DNA of 63,085 bases, filler included, from Octopus bimaculoides (lineage: Eukaryota), in NCBI RefSeq assembly GCF_001194135.2. It is 8 parts of 8 records of this genome, joined end to end, with 100 filler letters (N's around TTAATTAATTAA, not from the genome) between each part and the next. Parts side by side here need not be neighbours in the genome. Positions count along the whole stretch, not along the records: positions 1 to 27,118 come from NC_068987.1; positions 27,219 to 45,350 come from NC_068993.1; 6 more parts are not named here. One strand, given 5' to 3'. The notes beneath the pieces are model-generated. The model had not been told where the DNA came from and ran no database searches. It worked only from the letters and a program-made list of their open reading frames with translations. Positions 14,010 through 28,029 of the stretch are shown here, in pieces; within the stretch, counting starts at the first letter, position 1, and every line of letters begins with the position of its first letter. The position numbers were made by a program, and so were the translations under genes.

Positions 14010-15391
14010 CTGTTACTCTTCCTTGGACTATGCAGTGAAAACTGAAACAAGCCAAGGGATATCATTAAATCATTAACTTAGCTGATGTAGAGTTTATTAT
14101 AAAAAGTAAAAAGTAATTATTAATTATATAGCGAGAGAAATATTATTCAAGGATTATAAAAAAAAAAATCATTTCTCCTTTAATTACATTAGACATGCGT
14201 GTAGGTTCGCATATAGATATTGGTTTCCCTACACATACATAGACACATATATACATACTCGCACACAAAAACAAAACCCTACCATATACATATATATACA
14301 TATGCACATATACATATGCAGAAACACGCAAATATTGGCATACGCTTCTCCAAACACATCATCGGAAATACATGGAAGATTATGTGTTTGTATTTGTGAC
14401 ATGGTACGAAGCATTGTAAGTGTGTGTGTATATATATGTATGTCAGAGGGAATGATTATATATCTAAATATATACCCAAGTGAATTAACAGTAAGAGAAA
14501 CCTTGTTGTTTGAATTATCTGTAAAAAAAAAAATGAGGGACGGAAATTCGATACCACATTGCTTGTTTGCGAAAAGGAGAAAGAAAAATAATGATTGAAC
14601 AACTGGAAGTAGACGAAAGAAGAGGGTAAGTGGGAGATAGATGTATAGGAAAGGGTTTTAGTGCATCAAAAAGTCAAGTAAATAAAGCGAAACTACGAGA
14701 ATGTGTGTGAGAGAGAGAGGGAAGAGTGAGAAATAGAAAGAGAAGAGAGAGGGGGAAGCAGACAGAAGGACAAACAGAAAATGAGAGAAGAAAACGATGA
14801 GATGCAATGAAGAAATTTGGTCAGATGGTATGAGAGTTGAGCAAATGAGCAAGGCGGAAGGAACTTGAAGGTGGGAAGCTTCAGTAATGGTGGAATATAA
14901 AACTTCGACCAGATAAATAGTACAATAAAACGAGAAACATCCGCTCGCATCCTAAACACAAACCAATATAGCTTCGTTGATTCATATGCTGCGACGTTTT
15001 TAAGTTATAGTCACCACTTAGCGCAAGCACTCAAACACAGTGTGCATTTAAATGGGCTGGACATGTTAATTTTCATTGATGTGAAGTGCAAACCGTGGCG
15101 AATTTGCTACAGCTAAAAAGCATATACGTGGACAATGTCTAAACGAAAAATATCTCAATAGGGAATACGATAAACGATGAACAAAAGGTAGTTCATGTAT
15201 GTGTGTGAGTGTATGTGTGTGTGTGTATGTGTGTGTTTGTGTGTGTGTGTGTGTTACGCGCGTGCATGAGTGTCCATGTTTGTCTTTCTGTAGAGTTTAT
15301 ACGTAAAGTCAGTCAAACATTAATTGAAGGATCATTCAACGTATTTGAGTACCCAAGTCACTATCAACCCTTCGCCGATACACACACACGG

Positions 15392-15451
<60 letters not shown>

Positions 15452-15586
15452 TATATGCATATATATATATACGTAAACACACGCATATATATTTATATAT
15501 GCATACTTATATTTACGTCTACGTATAAATGCATGCTTATAGAAGTGCTTGCGTGCGCACGTGCGTATGTGTGTGTGTGTGCCGCA

Positions 15587-15630
<44 letters not shown>

Positions 15631-16752
15631 GACACACATGCACACGCACACGCATTAATTTGCATAGATCAACGCTGGAAATAGAGCAAATATCCTGCAA
15701 TTTCAAAATTACTTGTTTTAAGTTTCAGTAACCGAGTAGATTAGATAAGGTTGATATTACCATGAATTTCGAAATAAAAGTTCCAGTCTGAAACTATGTG
15801 ACGACCAGATAAGAAATCAATTGAAACGTGATGCCAATACAAATATCAAATATATTCCATTTCTACGAAGTGTTTAAATGTTATAAAAATTATAAACTTC
15901 TTTTTTCAGTTTGTTTGCATACATAGAAAGCATATAGCACTGCCATTTTCAAATTGTTTGCATTTAATCACGCTATGAAGTATGCATGTCTATATGTCTA
16001 TATGCTACGCGTCTTAAAATCTATAATTATAATTATATCAGCTCATATGTAAATGCTTGTTTTTGTACATACTTGCAATTATAATTTACTTTTCCGTTCA
16101 GGTAGGATCAACAAATAAAAAGGTACCTCCTCCAGTGAGAGATAGATTTCATTTAATGTACACAGTATAAAGATAAGAGCCATTAATAATCTTTTGCTAT
16201 TGTGACACGTGGTTAGGAAGATTTTTGAAACGTGCCTTGTCTCACCAAACTATCTCCTGGTTCTGGGCACATGGTTTGTTCTATTTGAAAGAGAGGACTT
16301 TGGTAACTACGAGAAGGATGATGCAAAAAGTGGAATGAGAAAGCAAATGGTTGAATATAAGCGGGAAAGGAATAGAAAAACAAGAACTAAATTAGAATTA
16401 TATCCACTTTGACTGTAGAAATCATTAGTAAACTAATTAGTTTAATTATGATTTCTAGGATGAAAGGAACAATACTCAAATTTCATTCTTTTTCCGCTTC
16501 TGACCAGCCATTGTCTTCACAGCCCACTTTTTGCATAATCATGCTTCTCATTTTATCCCGTGGTTTCTTATGTACCAGAATTTTGTTTTTTAAACAGAAC
16601 AACTCATGTGTTCAGAACCCGGAGATTGTTTGGAGTTACAAGGCCCGTTATAAAAATCTGGCTAACCACGTTCCCCAATGGAAAGAAACAATTAGTTACT
16701 TGTGTTTTAATACAGTGTACATTAAATGATACTTCGATACATATATGATTAA

Positions 16753-17008
16753 CTAGCACTCCGTCGCTTACGACGATCAACGGAACAGCCTTCTGAGCAC
16801 TCCACAAACGTAATTCTCAGGAAGATTCCATGTGACACTGAGTGTGAAAATGCTGGCCCTTTGCATTACAAGTACTACTCATTTTGTGTGAACTGGAGCA
16901 ACGAGAAATACAGTGTCTTGCTCAAGGACACAACGCACCGCCAGGAATCGAACACGTGACCTTACGATCATGAGTCGAATACCCTAACCTCTAAGTCACG
17001 CGCCTTCA
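16753..17008 (-). mobile_element. tRNA-derived SINE with CORE-like domain
   Basis: The reverse complement reads GGCGCGTGACTTAGAGG (A-box-like)...GTGTTCGATTCC (B box)...TTGTGTCCTTGAGCAAGACAC (CORE-like). Same family as 31578, 41058 and 62933. Confidence 0.8.
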
Positions 17009-18044
17009 CACTTCCATATGAACTTGCAGAAGATAAATTGTTAAAGTGTTTTTTTTATTTAGAAATTTTAATTACTCTACAATCTATAGATATTGGCTTC
17101 ATTTCTTTCAAGAATCCCGTCTTAACTGTATTTCGATAAATATAAAACGTTCATAACTTATATATGTTTATAGCGACTAAGATATTTAATTTTATATTGC
17201 ACTAAAATATTTCTTATGTACTTCTTGTTTCTTTCGAGATGGATGAATGTTTCACCAAGTGGAAAGCTGTCAATGGTCCGTTGTATTGGATGAAGCTGAA
17301 GCAGAGCAAAAATGGCAAGAAACTGCCAATAAGACAAAGTGTGGTTGTAAGACATTAATATGGACAGATGAATCTTACTTTGATGACACTTTATCGTAAA
17401 GAGGAGTGGAAAGGTCCGAAAAGTAGCATCCTTGATTATATATAGAAGAAAAAAATGTAAAACACAAAAAAGAAATACAACAAAGATCTAAACATGTTAT
17501 ATCTTGATATAATATCTGACCCTCAACTAATTAACCTTGGCACTACACTTTTCGAACCTGCCAAGAAGGCATTCATGTCTACAACGAATATCCATGACAG
17601 GCTGTCATTATGCCAAAAGTACAACCACTGGACATGTTAACAATGATAGTGTGGTTAAGATTACATTTCTATGAAACCACGCAATTTGCGATTTCGTCCA
17701 AGTGTCAAATTTACATTCGAAGATAAAAAGAGAATTGCAAAAATCCCTTTTGTGTACATGACTTCAGAAAATCAGGGAGCTTCATGTGGGGATGCCTAAA
17801 GACGCCACAATAACTGTCGAACAGTACAGATCCGTCTTTCATAATAGCATGAGTTCATGTATAAGCATTTTTGTTATAACGACTTACAAATGTAAGGTCT
17901 GGATATAATCTTCTAATCATTAATAAACAATTAAAACCACACGATTTTTGTTTTAGACCAAATCGAGAAGTGAATGAATTTGGAAAATATTTGTGATAAA
18001 TTATTAATTGTTTTTAACACAAGCACATAGCCAACAATTTTTGA

Positions 18045-18215
18045 AAGGGGTCAATTATTTAATGAGCTGGTGTTTTATACTGTTGACCGACTCTTGAGAG
18101 ATGAACAGTGAAGTTGACGCTGACAGGATTTGATCTCAAATCGTAAAGGGGCGATACAAAAAACCATAAGACATTTTATCCGATGCTCTCACAATTCTAC
18201 CAATTCACCACCTTC
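18045..18215 (-). mobile_element. Degenerate SINE with Deu/Nin-like domain
   Basis: TTGACCGACTCTTGAGAGATGAACAGTGAAGTTGAC...GGATTTGATCTCAAATCGTAAAG is homologous to 53925-54045. Confidence 0.55.
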
Positions 18216-18789
18216 TTTGCAAGTGAAACTATTTTGGAAGAATTGATAGCTTAATGGCATTCAAATTTTGCAAGGGTGTATAAATGTATGCGCAAAATTA
18301 TTTATAAAAAACATAGCGAGATAGAAAAATCTACGTCTGAATTCATAGTTGCTGTACAATATGTTTTCAAAAACATCTAATTTTGCGTATAGTGTATTTG
18401 TCAATCCGTTTGACGATCACAGAACAATGAAAACGTGTGCTTTTCATTTATAATTATTAATTATAAACTTCTATAGATCTTCCACTTTGTAGCTTAAACA
18501 TCGTATCTAAATAAATATATCTGATGTCTATGAATCATCGTATAATTTTTAAATACAAAATTACAGGTGAGGGTGATAGTGGATGGAATCGACCTGGTAC
18601 GTAATCATTGCTTATTGTATAGATCCAGGAGGGGTAAAAAAGTAACGTCCAACAAGCTAAATTGCATCACAATCTCTACTATTTTTCCTATAACAAAAAA
18701 AAAACAAAAAAAAAAATACAAAAGTTATGTAGAAACAACATGCAGATAAACAAAACACTAAAAGTTATTTTGAGTTTAAAGGTACTTAC

Positions 18790-18933
18790 AGCACGATAGG
18801 TACGTTTCTGTCCCGCATGCTTCCCACCGCGTCCGTCCATTTCAACATGGACTCCATGAATAATATCAAAGAAATCCTCCACCATAGCCACCCGCTTATA
18901 ACCTTTATCAATTTCACTGCAATTTGGATCATT
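18790..18933 (-). CDS. NOL4: Internal coding exon of a NOL4/NOL4L-like (nucleolar protein 4) gene
   Basis: Acceptor TTTTACTTTCTTCCAG and donor GTAAGT bound a 144-nt phase 0-0 exon encoding NDPNCSEIDKGYKRVAMVEDFFDIIHGVHVEMDGRGGKHAGQKRTYRA. This matches the NOL4-family motif RRVAVVEDFFDIIYSMHVE...KHAGQKRTYKA (recalled from memory). Confidence 0.9.
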
Positions 18934-18961
18934 CTGGAAGAAAGTAAAATAAAAAGGAATG

Positions 18962-18986
18962 TAACAACAACAACAACAACAACAAC

Positions 18987-19043
<57 letters not shown>
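18962..19043. repeat. (AAC)n-(AAT)n compound microsatellite
   Basis: Directly visible, about 30 bp from the exon acceptor. Confidence 0.95.
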
Positions 19044-19044
<1 letters not shown>

Positions 19045-19045
<1 letters not shown>

Positions 19046-19432
19046 GAAAATGAAGCAAAGATAATAAGATGGTGCAATATCAGGCGATTCGAGGGTGAAG
19101 TGTAAGGAAACAGAAAAGAGTGAGAAATACCAGCCACTGCGGGACGAGATAGGAAAGTTATAGAGCATGAGGAAAGTAATGGTGATACCGGAAGTAATTG
19201 GAGCACAAGGAGCAGTTTCCAACAGCTTTGAAAAACATATTAAGAATATTGGAGCTGCTGTCATGCTCGAAGTGATCCAGAAGACAGCATTGTTGGGTAA
19301 AGCTCGTATTCTAAGGAGAGTATTGTCTCTTTGAGTCACAGGAGAAGGCCCTGCTTGAAACCTTTGGTGATTTATTATTGCCTGTTTTCAAGTAAAGAAC
19401 AACCGCAAATAGAACAGCGAGAATCAAAACAA
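19045..19432 (+). mobile_element. 5'-truncated R4/Dong-like non-LTR retrotransposon (REL endonuclease C-terminus and 3' UTR)
   Basis: GDSRVKCKETEKSEKYQPLRDEIGKL*SMRKVMVIPEVIGAQGAVS...VIQKTALLGKARILRRVLSL* fits the EKxxKY / IQKxALLGxARILR signature. It is flanked by (AAT)n upstream and (GATAAT)n downstream. Confidence 0.85.
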
Positions 19433-19437
19433 TAATG

Positions 19438-19481
<44 letters not shown>

Positions 19482-20450
19482 TCCTTACGAAGGAGTAAGG
19501 TCACCCAATTTGAAAGAAGAGTGTGATCGATTTCATATATTGACCCCACTATTGGACAAGTTCTTTCTTTTTTAAAGATGAATGAAAAATAGTTTTAATC
19601 CTTGTTTTTGTAAAGTCACGAGCCTAAAGACATCTACGTCCCTTACAAGCAGTCCTTCAATTCTTACCTTCAATTACACGTCTGTGAATGCTCCTATTTT
19701 CCCACCAATTGCAAAAGACCTTTTTAACAATAGAGTTCGGCATTTATCCTATCCAGTTTGGTCTTTTGCTAATACTACAACACGAATCGTCCACTATTCT
19801 ATCTACTAAATAGGTTTTGGTGGAGGGAATCTGCACTACCAAGTGAGAGTTACTATGTACTCTCGAGCCAGGCTTCGATATTCATCGTCTCTATTCCGTT
19901 GTTTCTGGCGAACAACTCAGCAAAATGCGGCTGAAAACTGCACAAAACAGACTAGAATTGGAGAGTACGATCCTACTTGCAGGCTCAGTGGATATGTATG
20001 TCAGAAGCCTTGCTTGGTTTTGTTGCCAAGCTGTGCCATGTACATCCATGGAACGTTTTCTTTCCCTCGCATTTCCACAATTGTTACTTTAGAAATTATA
20101 TGAAAAGGATAACAACAAATATATGAACAAAATATCAGAACTTAAATTTAAAATACGTATAAAATAGCTCTGTCAGGCGCACTGCTTATATATTATGTAG
20201 AATACTTACAATACAATAGGAAAAACACAATAAACAAAAGACCTCACTAGGCCCAAGGCACAGAGAGCTGCACAGTTGCGTAATGGAAGCACGCAATAAA
20301 ATAATATCACAGATGAGGATGGTGATGATGATGATGAGGAGGGATGATGATAAAGTTATGAAGGAGACAATGACAAAGAAAAACAGCGCTTTCCAAGAAT
20401 AGTAATTCTAACAATAACAATGGTTTACCTTGAACGCATATACGCAAACC

Positions 20451-20504
<54 letters not shown>

Positions 20505-21001
20505 GTGTGTCTGAGTGTGTATGTGCATATGTGTGAAATATTTCCACATATTTAATCCCAGGATGTGTGTAGATACCATGCCTTAACATTTTGCTTCGAA
20601 AATGAAGAACAAAGAAAAAGAAAAAATAAAGGAAATCTGAAAAAAGACACACACTGCTTAATCGTCACAAATCCTGATAAATATGAATAGATTTGCTGAT
20701 TTTGACACGTGTATAAAATAAACACCGCGGTTGATTGAAGAAATTTATACAACTGCTAAAATATGTTTGCGTGTCTTCAATATGTGTGACTTAGGGATAT
20801 GTCAGTACACACACATATATATAGAGGGAGATATAAAAATGATAGTATTAGAGTTGTCTGGAGACAGGGTATAAAATGAAGTGTACGCATTCAAATACAC
20901 ACGAATGTATGTACACGTATCCATATATATCTGTGTACGAGTGCTTATTTATCAAGATATCTATTTATTTATCTAAATATCTATCTCGCTCTTTCTCTGT
21001 C

Positions 21002-21111
<110 letters not shown>

Positions 21112-21444
21112 TAGATAGATATATAGATAGATAGATAGATAGATGATATGGAGTGTGAGGGATATTAGTGGACAACCTAATTATCAGTATATTACTCTTA
21201 CTCGCTTCAGACTATATAAATGGTTATGTTTGTAAGATCCTCAATGCCAGATAAAATGCTAACACAAGAAATGAAAAGACATGCAGCTTTTATCATACAT
21301 GTAGAATACATTGATTTAAAATTTGTCACGCTTTCTGAACGCTGCTTGATGTTTTACATTTAAAGGTCGAATAGAATTGGAAGCCTCTGGTGAGAATGTT
21401 TCGACTATCTGGAAAAGAATAGAAGCATTGTAAAATTTCGGAGA

Positions 21445-21575
21445 CACTACAGTTGATCCAGCAGGCTCAATACATTATCGACGATGATCCCGGGAAATTT
21501 AGTGAGGGCCATCGTCCAAGGTCTTGAGGTGCCAGATTTGACCATCAGAAATGCACGCAAACATTCGATATAAGT
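21445..21575 (+). mobile_element. Short Tc1/maT transposase HTH fragment
   Basis: QLIQQAQYIIDDDPGKFSE, then after a frameshift AIVQGLEVPDLTIRN; resembles the IDEDPxKSMRAIAR region. Confidence 0.4.
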
Positions 21576-22032
21576 ATAGATGAGAGGCCGATTCATATCT
21601 GCAAAGACACAGGAAATAGACAAACTAAAAGATGGGTATGTGACGATCAATCTAACGTCTCTCCTGAATATTCCATACTAAGTTTCTGGAACTATGATGG
21701 CTTTATGAGTGGTAAGTAGAGAAAGTTATGTCATACTAACTGACATCTTTCAAAGGGGTCTGAGAGTTAATTAATCCTGCTGGATATGTTAAGATACCGT
21801 TGACAGTTATTAACCCCAAAATAGTTCAAGCACGCTGTTGAAGGCCAATTATATTTAAGAAGAGTCAGTATCTTCTCACAAAATCAACTTCACCTAAGAC
21901 TTGATGTCAAACAATCCTTTTCGACCATGTGAGAAAAATGTTATTAAAATGCTTTTATTTTATTCCTAGATTAGATTTGATATAGTAAATATTTAAAGGT
22001 CCATAAATACCGCTCGCACCATGTCTGTATGT

Positions 22033-22077
<45 letters not shown>

Positions 22078-22627
22078 CATACGTACAGACATACATATAC
22101 ATAAGCCGTGATATGTATAACATTTGTAATACTTGTATATATACTGTGTTTCAACATGACTTGATCTTTTCAGTGACGAACACCATCGAAAGTTTTGAGC
22201 TACGTCGGAATTTTCGTTCCGAAATAGAAACCAGCAAACAAAGCATTCACAAATGTGTGCGAGATTGACACATTAGAAGCTAGATATTTACAGTGGTGAC
22301 TCTATATACACGAAGTAACATAATCAATGCATCGTGAAATATTTGGTGAAATTAGATTTGGGTCATACACATAGAATTTCTTTAATATTTTAGAACCACA
22401 TACGTGTTCTTTACGCTAGACTTCATATAATTGAGTCTGAAATATCCGAAAGAGAGGATGTACGTTTGGCTCGGAAAAGGAATGTAATTGTCTGAAAGAG
22501 GGATTTAGTGTTAAAGAGGAATATGTTTGAAAATTCATTAAGATAAATTAAGGCATTTCTCAGTAATGAACACAACGCTCTTCATTTGCCACTTTCTGTT
22601 ATATCAAGGAAAGAAAAGGAGAAGAAT

Positions 22628-22644
22628 ATATCGAAAAAAGAATG

Positions 22645-22702
<58 letters not shown>
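22628..22702. repeat. (AG)n microsatellite
   Basis: Directly visible. Confidence 0.95.
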
Positions 22703-22706
<4 letters not shown>

Positions 22707-24319
22707 GGGATATCGTGATAGAAAGAAAAGGTATAACATTTGAAGATATTTGCTTTGGTTAAATTGTAACATTAGATATTTAGATTTGGATCATCCATGC
22801 AATATAACTGCCACCATTTGAGAATTCAGTCTGTTAGTATTTGAAGTAACGATCGTGAGAAAATCTGAGAAATATATTAATTTGTAATGTACTTTATTAT
22901 TTAAAATATTACGACTCTATATTTAAAATGATGTCAATATGTGACATTTATACATTCTTGTCTACTCTTTGAGAATAAAGAAAGTGAGATTAAATAAAGG
23001 ATTTTGCGATTGGATCTCTGGTTGGCTTCGTTTGTTCTACGGCTTGTGCTACATAGAATTTCAATACATTAAATAGTTTTTTCTGAATTAGATGATCTGA
23101 AGACTCTTTTGATGCCTTTTACTAAATTATTCTATAATTCATATCGCATGACACAGTTACAAAATATCAATACATTATATAATAAAATCTATTTAGTAAG
23201 ATTATCATATTAGAACATTGATATTTAATTCCATCATTACTGAGAACAATTTCATCAATCTCTCACGTGCCAATATATAATCAGTAATGCAATATATTAA
23301 TCTAATATACATAATTAGCAAATATAAATATTTTGGCTTCACCAGGAGATGAAGCAGTACCACGTTTCCTTCAATATGATTGGATGCTCTATCCTATATC
23401 CTCCAGTTACATTAACTGTTGGAATTATCCTACTAAAATGAAGTTGCCATTCTATCCTGCAGCTTTAAAATATCCGTAGGGATTCATGAAAACCCCTGAT
23501 AAATATGCTCAAGATAGGCCTTATTCCGCAAAATTCATCACATGCTTATCCGGCAAGAACTCCACTGACCAAAATTAAATTTTATATGCTTACAAGAACT
23601 AACTTGCTTCCTCTCTTCATGAACCCTACCACCCCTATGTTATGGATGTAAGCCATTCCATACGTTGTTGCTTTTACTGTGTTTATGACATTACAGTTCA
23701 TGTTAATAAATAATGACTGAACGCATATTTCTTCATATCACATTCATGTTTTGACAACAGTTGTATTTCTTTTACCAAAGCAAGTTCGGTCACCTGCAAC
23801 ATTTTACCGCTGATTATTAAGTTATGAACGACTGTACCCGTCGTAAACGTTTTGGAGTTCATATTTATTTCGTAGGAATGACGGCAAAATTGATCAAATT
23901 TATGAAAAATACTTGTCATGTTTTTATTTTTAATTTACAACTTTCCTACTGTACAACATTTTCAACAATATTTTCAACAATATTTTCTTTATTATAGAAT
24001 TTTCAAAAATATCAGACATGATCATTTATGCCACCCGGCCTATGATATATAATCACTAAATCTATAATGCAAGCTTTAAAATGGAAAAAAAAAGTTACAG
24101 TAATGATGGATATTAGATCTTGTCTAGCAAAACTACCGACGGTGGTTTTATATTTTCAAGTTTTTCAATATTTCTTATACTAGTTTTATTTATAGTGACT
24201 GAAGGACTGTGTAGCAGCCCCTACTGAATTTCACTCCTTTCACCAACAAAAGGTCTTGGTGGTAAGTTGAGCAACACAAACCCACAGCGGAGCATCTGTA
24301 TGCTCTCTACTCATGCCAA

Positions 24320-24475
24320 ATATTACATACAAATATTACTCAAATCACACCATCCGTGTTATATAAGGACAGTTATATAATGTATTCTTAGATGTTTTCA
24401 AAAGAGAGGATAGTTGCGGTTAATATGCAGTTGATAAATTTAGAATTGATCTGGGGCTAAAATACTACAACAACA
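24320..24475 (+). mobile_element. Degenerate SINE-like repeat ending in GGGGCTAAA-(AAC)n
   Basis: CTCAAATCACACCATCC...GATCTGGGGCTAAAATACTACAACAAC. Possibly related pieces lie at about 45590 (GTTTAGCCC) and 47200, 56225, 57085 and 58350 (GGCTGCTATTTCTAG motif). Confidence 0.45.
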
Positions 24476-26679
24476 CGACCTACATTATTTGGAGACAGAT
24501 ACATAATTCAAATTAGTACTTAGAAAAACCAGAATAACGGTAGTTTCATACAACTTGATCAGCGTTTCAGTACAAAAGTTAATCTTTTGTTTATTCAAAT
24601 CCAGTACTGACTTTAGATCGCCCAGTTTAAAACAATTCCCTTTATTTCACTTGTTTGATGTTTTAACAAATGCATTCACATTCAAAAAGAATGATGAGTG
24701 TACACTGTGTCTTTGGGAAAGCTACAACAGAAACAGAGATTATTCTTTCTTGACGTTATCCGAAAGTCGTATCAATCTCATACAATACATTACATCGACC
24801 AACCAAATTTAGAAATGATTTACTTAGAACATTTAAAGATTTTTATTTAAACATATGTACACATACAAAGTTAACGTTAGCCAATCTTCTGGACAATAAC
24901 ACAAGGCTTAACCACAAGCAAAGTCTGCCGCACAGAATGACAAATGGAGACACCATACAGGTACGTACAGAAAAATTCTAAGCATCCCTCAGACGTAATT
25001 ACAATCCTTGACACTGGAATAAATAAGCGAGTCGCTTTTCTATTTCCAGACACAGAAATCTTTAATAGAGACGGCCCATACAATAACGACGCGCTAGAAA
25101 GAAGTAACTCTATCGAGACCAGTATATATGAAGATTCTACACAGACACACACAAACAAACGCATGTGCGCGTACACACACACACGCACACACACGCACAC
25201 ATACGCACACACATAAGCACACACACACAAACCAAAGAAGTATTTGGAAGAGGAAGATAATCTAATGTAATCCATATTTCAATTTGGATATTACCACTGA
25301 CAGATCCAGAAAATTTCTAGCTTTAGGATGACAACAATTGTTAACAGCCGTTTCGTTAAATTTAGCGAATCCTTCGTGAACAAAATAGTTTCGCAAAACA
25401 CGCACTGGAACTGAAAACACGCAATCAACCGCAGCTTCGAATAAACATTTCGTATTTGTTAAAATAAAGGATCCTGTGAAAGCAAAGATATAACAAGTAC
25501 ATACAACAAGCTGGAGGTTACTCAAAAAATTTCTCACAAAACTAACCATTAACAGTTTGAAAGCTCAATGTTATAGTTATCTATAGCAATTCAAGACAGC
25601 GAAAATCTATCATACTTGTCCTAAATTACCATGAAACAGAGTCCTAGGACTTGATCACAGCCTAATGACTTGGAGCATTGTTAATAAAACTTCAACGATT
25701 AATAGAAACTGTTGGTTTTCCTTAATCAAAATCTCGTAGCTGTTAAAATAACCAAGTAATATCTATCGGAACCGGTCATGAGTATTAACTGTTTACTGTC
25801 ATTGGAGTAAAGTTCTCTAGAACAGCCTCCACATGCTTGAAGATCCACGAATCACCAATCCAACTTAACAAACAACAAATCAAAAAGGTCGCGCAGCACA
25901 CACATATTAAATCTAATAACCTTCACTGTATAGTTGTCCTCTAACGACTAAAAAATTGAACTTTTCCTTACACATTATGACTCGACGCCAGTTACCGATA
26001 TTTTCAATGTGTCTCCTATTCGATCAACAATACGACCAATGAAAATCATTCCAACTGGCGCGATGAGGAGACAAGTCAGCTATTCCCAAGTTATTATCTT
26101 TTGTGCACGAAACTGAAAAACACAATGGTATGATCATCAACTGATTCACACAAACACCCACAAATATACGTACGCATATATGTAATTATGTATGTGTGGA
26201 TATGTGTGCGATTATTTATGGTTGCAATTTATCCGTGGTCTCAGATGAACCATATTTCTTTCTCTTATCCTGCGGCTCCTAAGAGAACAGCTTCTTAGAA
26301 TTATTGTTGTTGTTGCTGTTGCTATTTCTACCACTACTGCCATTGTTACTATTATTATTGTTCGTCGTGATGGCAATGTTTGTTTGAATGCTTGTTTGTT
26401 TTTGGTCACTTTTAATACGTCAAAACTATAATCTCTGTCTACCATAGATTCCTCTCTAATCCGTTCGCTTGTTGGTTTGCCAATCATTTTATAACCCTTA
26501 ATCTGTTCTAAGAATATATCCTTCGACTGTTTTATCTACCTACCAACTTACCTACCTACCTACCTACCTACCTACCTACCTACCTACCTAAATTCCTCCA
26601 TCCATTCTTCCATCCTTTCCTCCCTCCCTACCTACCCAACTAACTACCTTCCTCTATACTGCACATGAATACATGCATC

Positions 26680-26826
<147 letters not shown>

Positions 26827-27082
26827 CCAATGTGTGTGAATGTGTGCGCGTGCGTACACGCGTGCGTCATTTATTCATGCTTCCAATATATCTTTCTTTT
26901 AGTCTATTGAAGAATGTCATTAATCTGTTTATCTGAAGATTTGACAATATTCAAACCTTTTGCTCTCTTTTTCTTCCATATTTCATCATCATCATCGTCA
27001 TCGTCACCCCCTCCCCACCACCACCACCACCACCACCACCAACAACAACAACAATGACGACGACAACTCCGTCACCACCACC

Positions 27083-27118
<36 letters not shown>

Positions 27119-27162
27119 NNNNNNNNNNNNNNNNNNNNNNNNNNNNNNNNNNNNNNNNNNNN

Positions 27163-27174
27163 TTAATTAATTAA
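27163..27174. other. Artificial scaffold-join spacer N44-TTAATTAATTAA-N44 (also 45395, 47662, 50682, 55937, 58917, 62002)
   Basis: An identical 12-mer sits centred in a 100-bp N block at seven positions. Confidence 0.95.
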
Positions 27175-27218
27175 NNNNNNNNNNNNNNNNNNNNNNNNNN
27201 NNNNNNNNNNNNNNNNNN

Positions 27219-27303
<85 letters not shown>

Positions 27304-27793
27304 TGAGAGAAAGAGAGACAGACAGACATACAGACAGAAAGTAATAAATATGACTTGTTTACAGGTAGATATTATTTAATGATTACGTTTGTGATGGGTG
27401 CAGATTTTAAATGTTTGGAAATGTCGTAATCGTTATCCTTATAAATATTCTTTAAGGATGCTTCAAATATCCTCCATTTGCATATATCTATCAATACTAA
27501 ACTGCAACGGAATTTCACGTTATGCAAATGTTCATTTCTCCATTTTAATACATACAGTTAAGAGGTTTTTCATAAAACTGTTCCATCATGGTAAATATTT
27601 CGATTACGTCTGTGATTGCTTTCCATATTTAAAGCTACTATAAGCGCCGTACGCGTGCTAGTTTCGATACGTTAAAGATATACATTGTTCTGTCCACTTC
27701 ACTTTGTTGTTAAGAGTAACACTTCAGCGTGTAACATGACAAGTAGGATATTATTGTACATTCTCATTAAATTGAGTTCTTTCGCAGTCATTT

Positions 27794-27857
<64 letters not shown>

Positions 27858-27861
<4 letters not shown>

Positions 27862-28029
27862 ATACAAAGAGCTGGAAATAGAGGTAACTCGAATGTGGAA
27901 TCTAAAAACAGAAACAATTCCTATCATAGTAGGTGCCTTAGGTATAATAAAAAAAAATATTCAGACAAATACATAATAAAAACACCAGGACTTATAAATA
28001 TATATAACATACAGAAAATTGCACGACTG
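27858..28029 (+). mobile_element. 5'-truncated R4/Dong-like element, REL C-terminus, inserted in (AAT)n
   Basis: KYKELEIEVTRMWNLKTETIPIIVGALGII...KTPGLINIYNIQKIARL lies directly after an (AAT)n tract and runs into a gap. Confidence 0.8.

Noticed and set aside
18688-19206. 172-aa minus-strand ORF as a whole gene
   Set aside because: Only 18790-18933 is coding, bounded by splice sites. The rest is antisense retroelement and microsatellite sequence.
24944-25216. 90-aa plus-strand ORF with apparent GT-AG mini-intron
   Set aside because: No recognisable homology, the ORF ends in a microsatellite, and the spliced product is short and uninformative.
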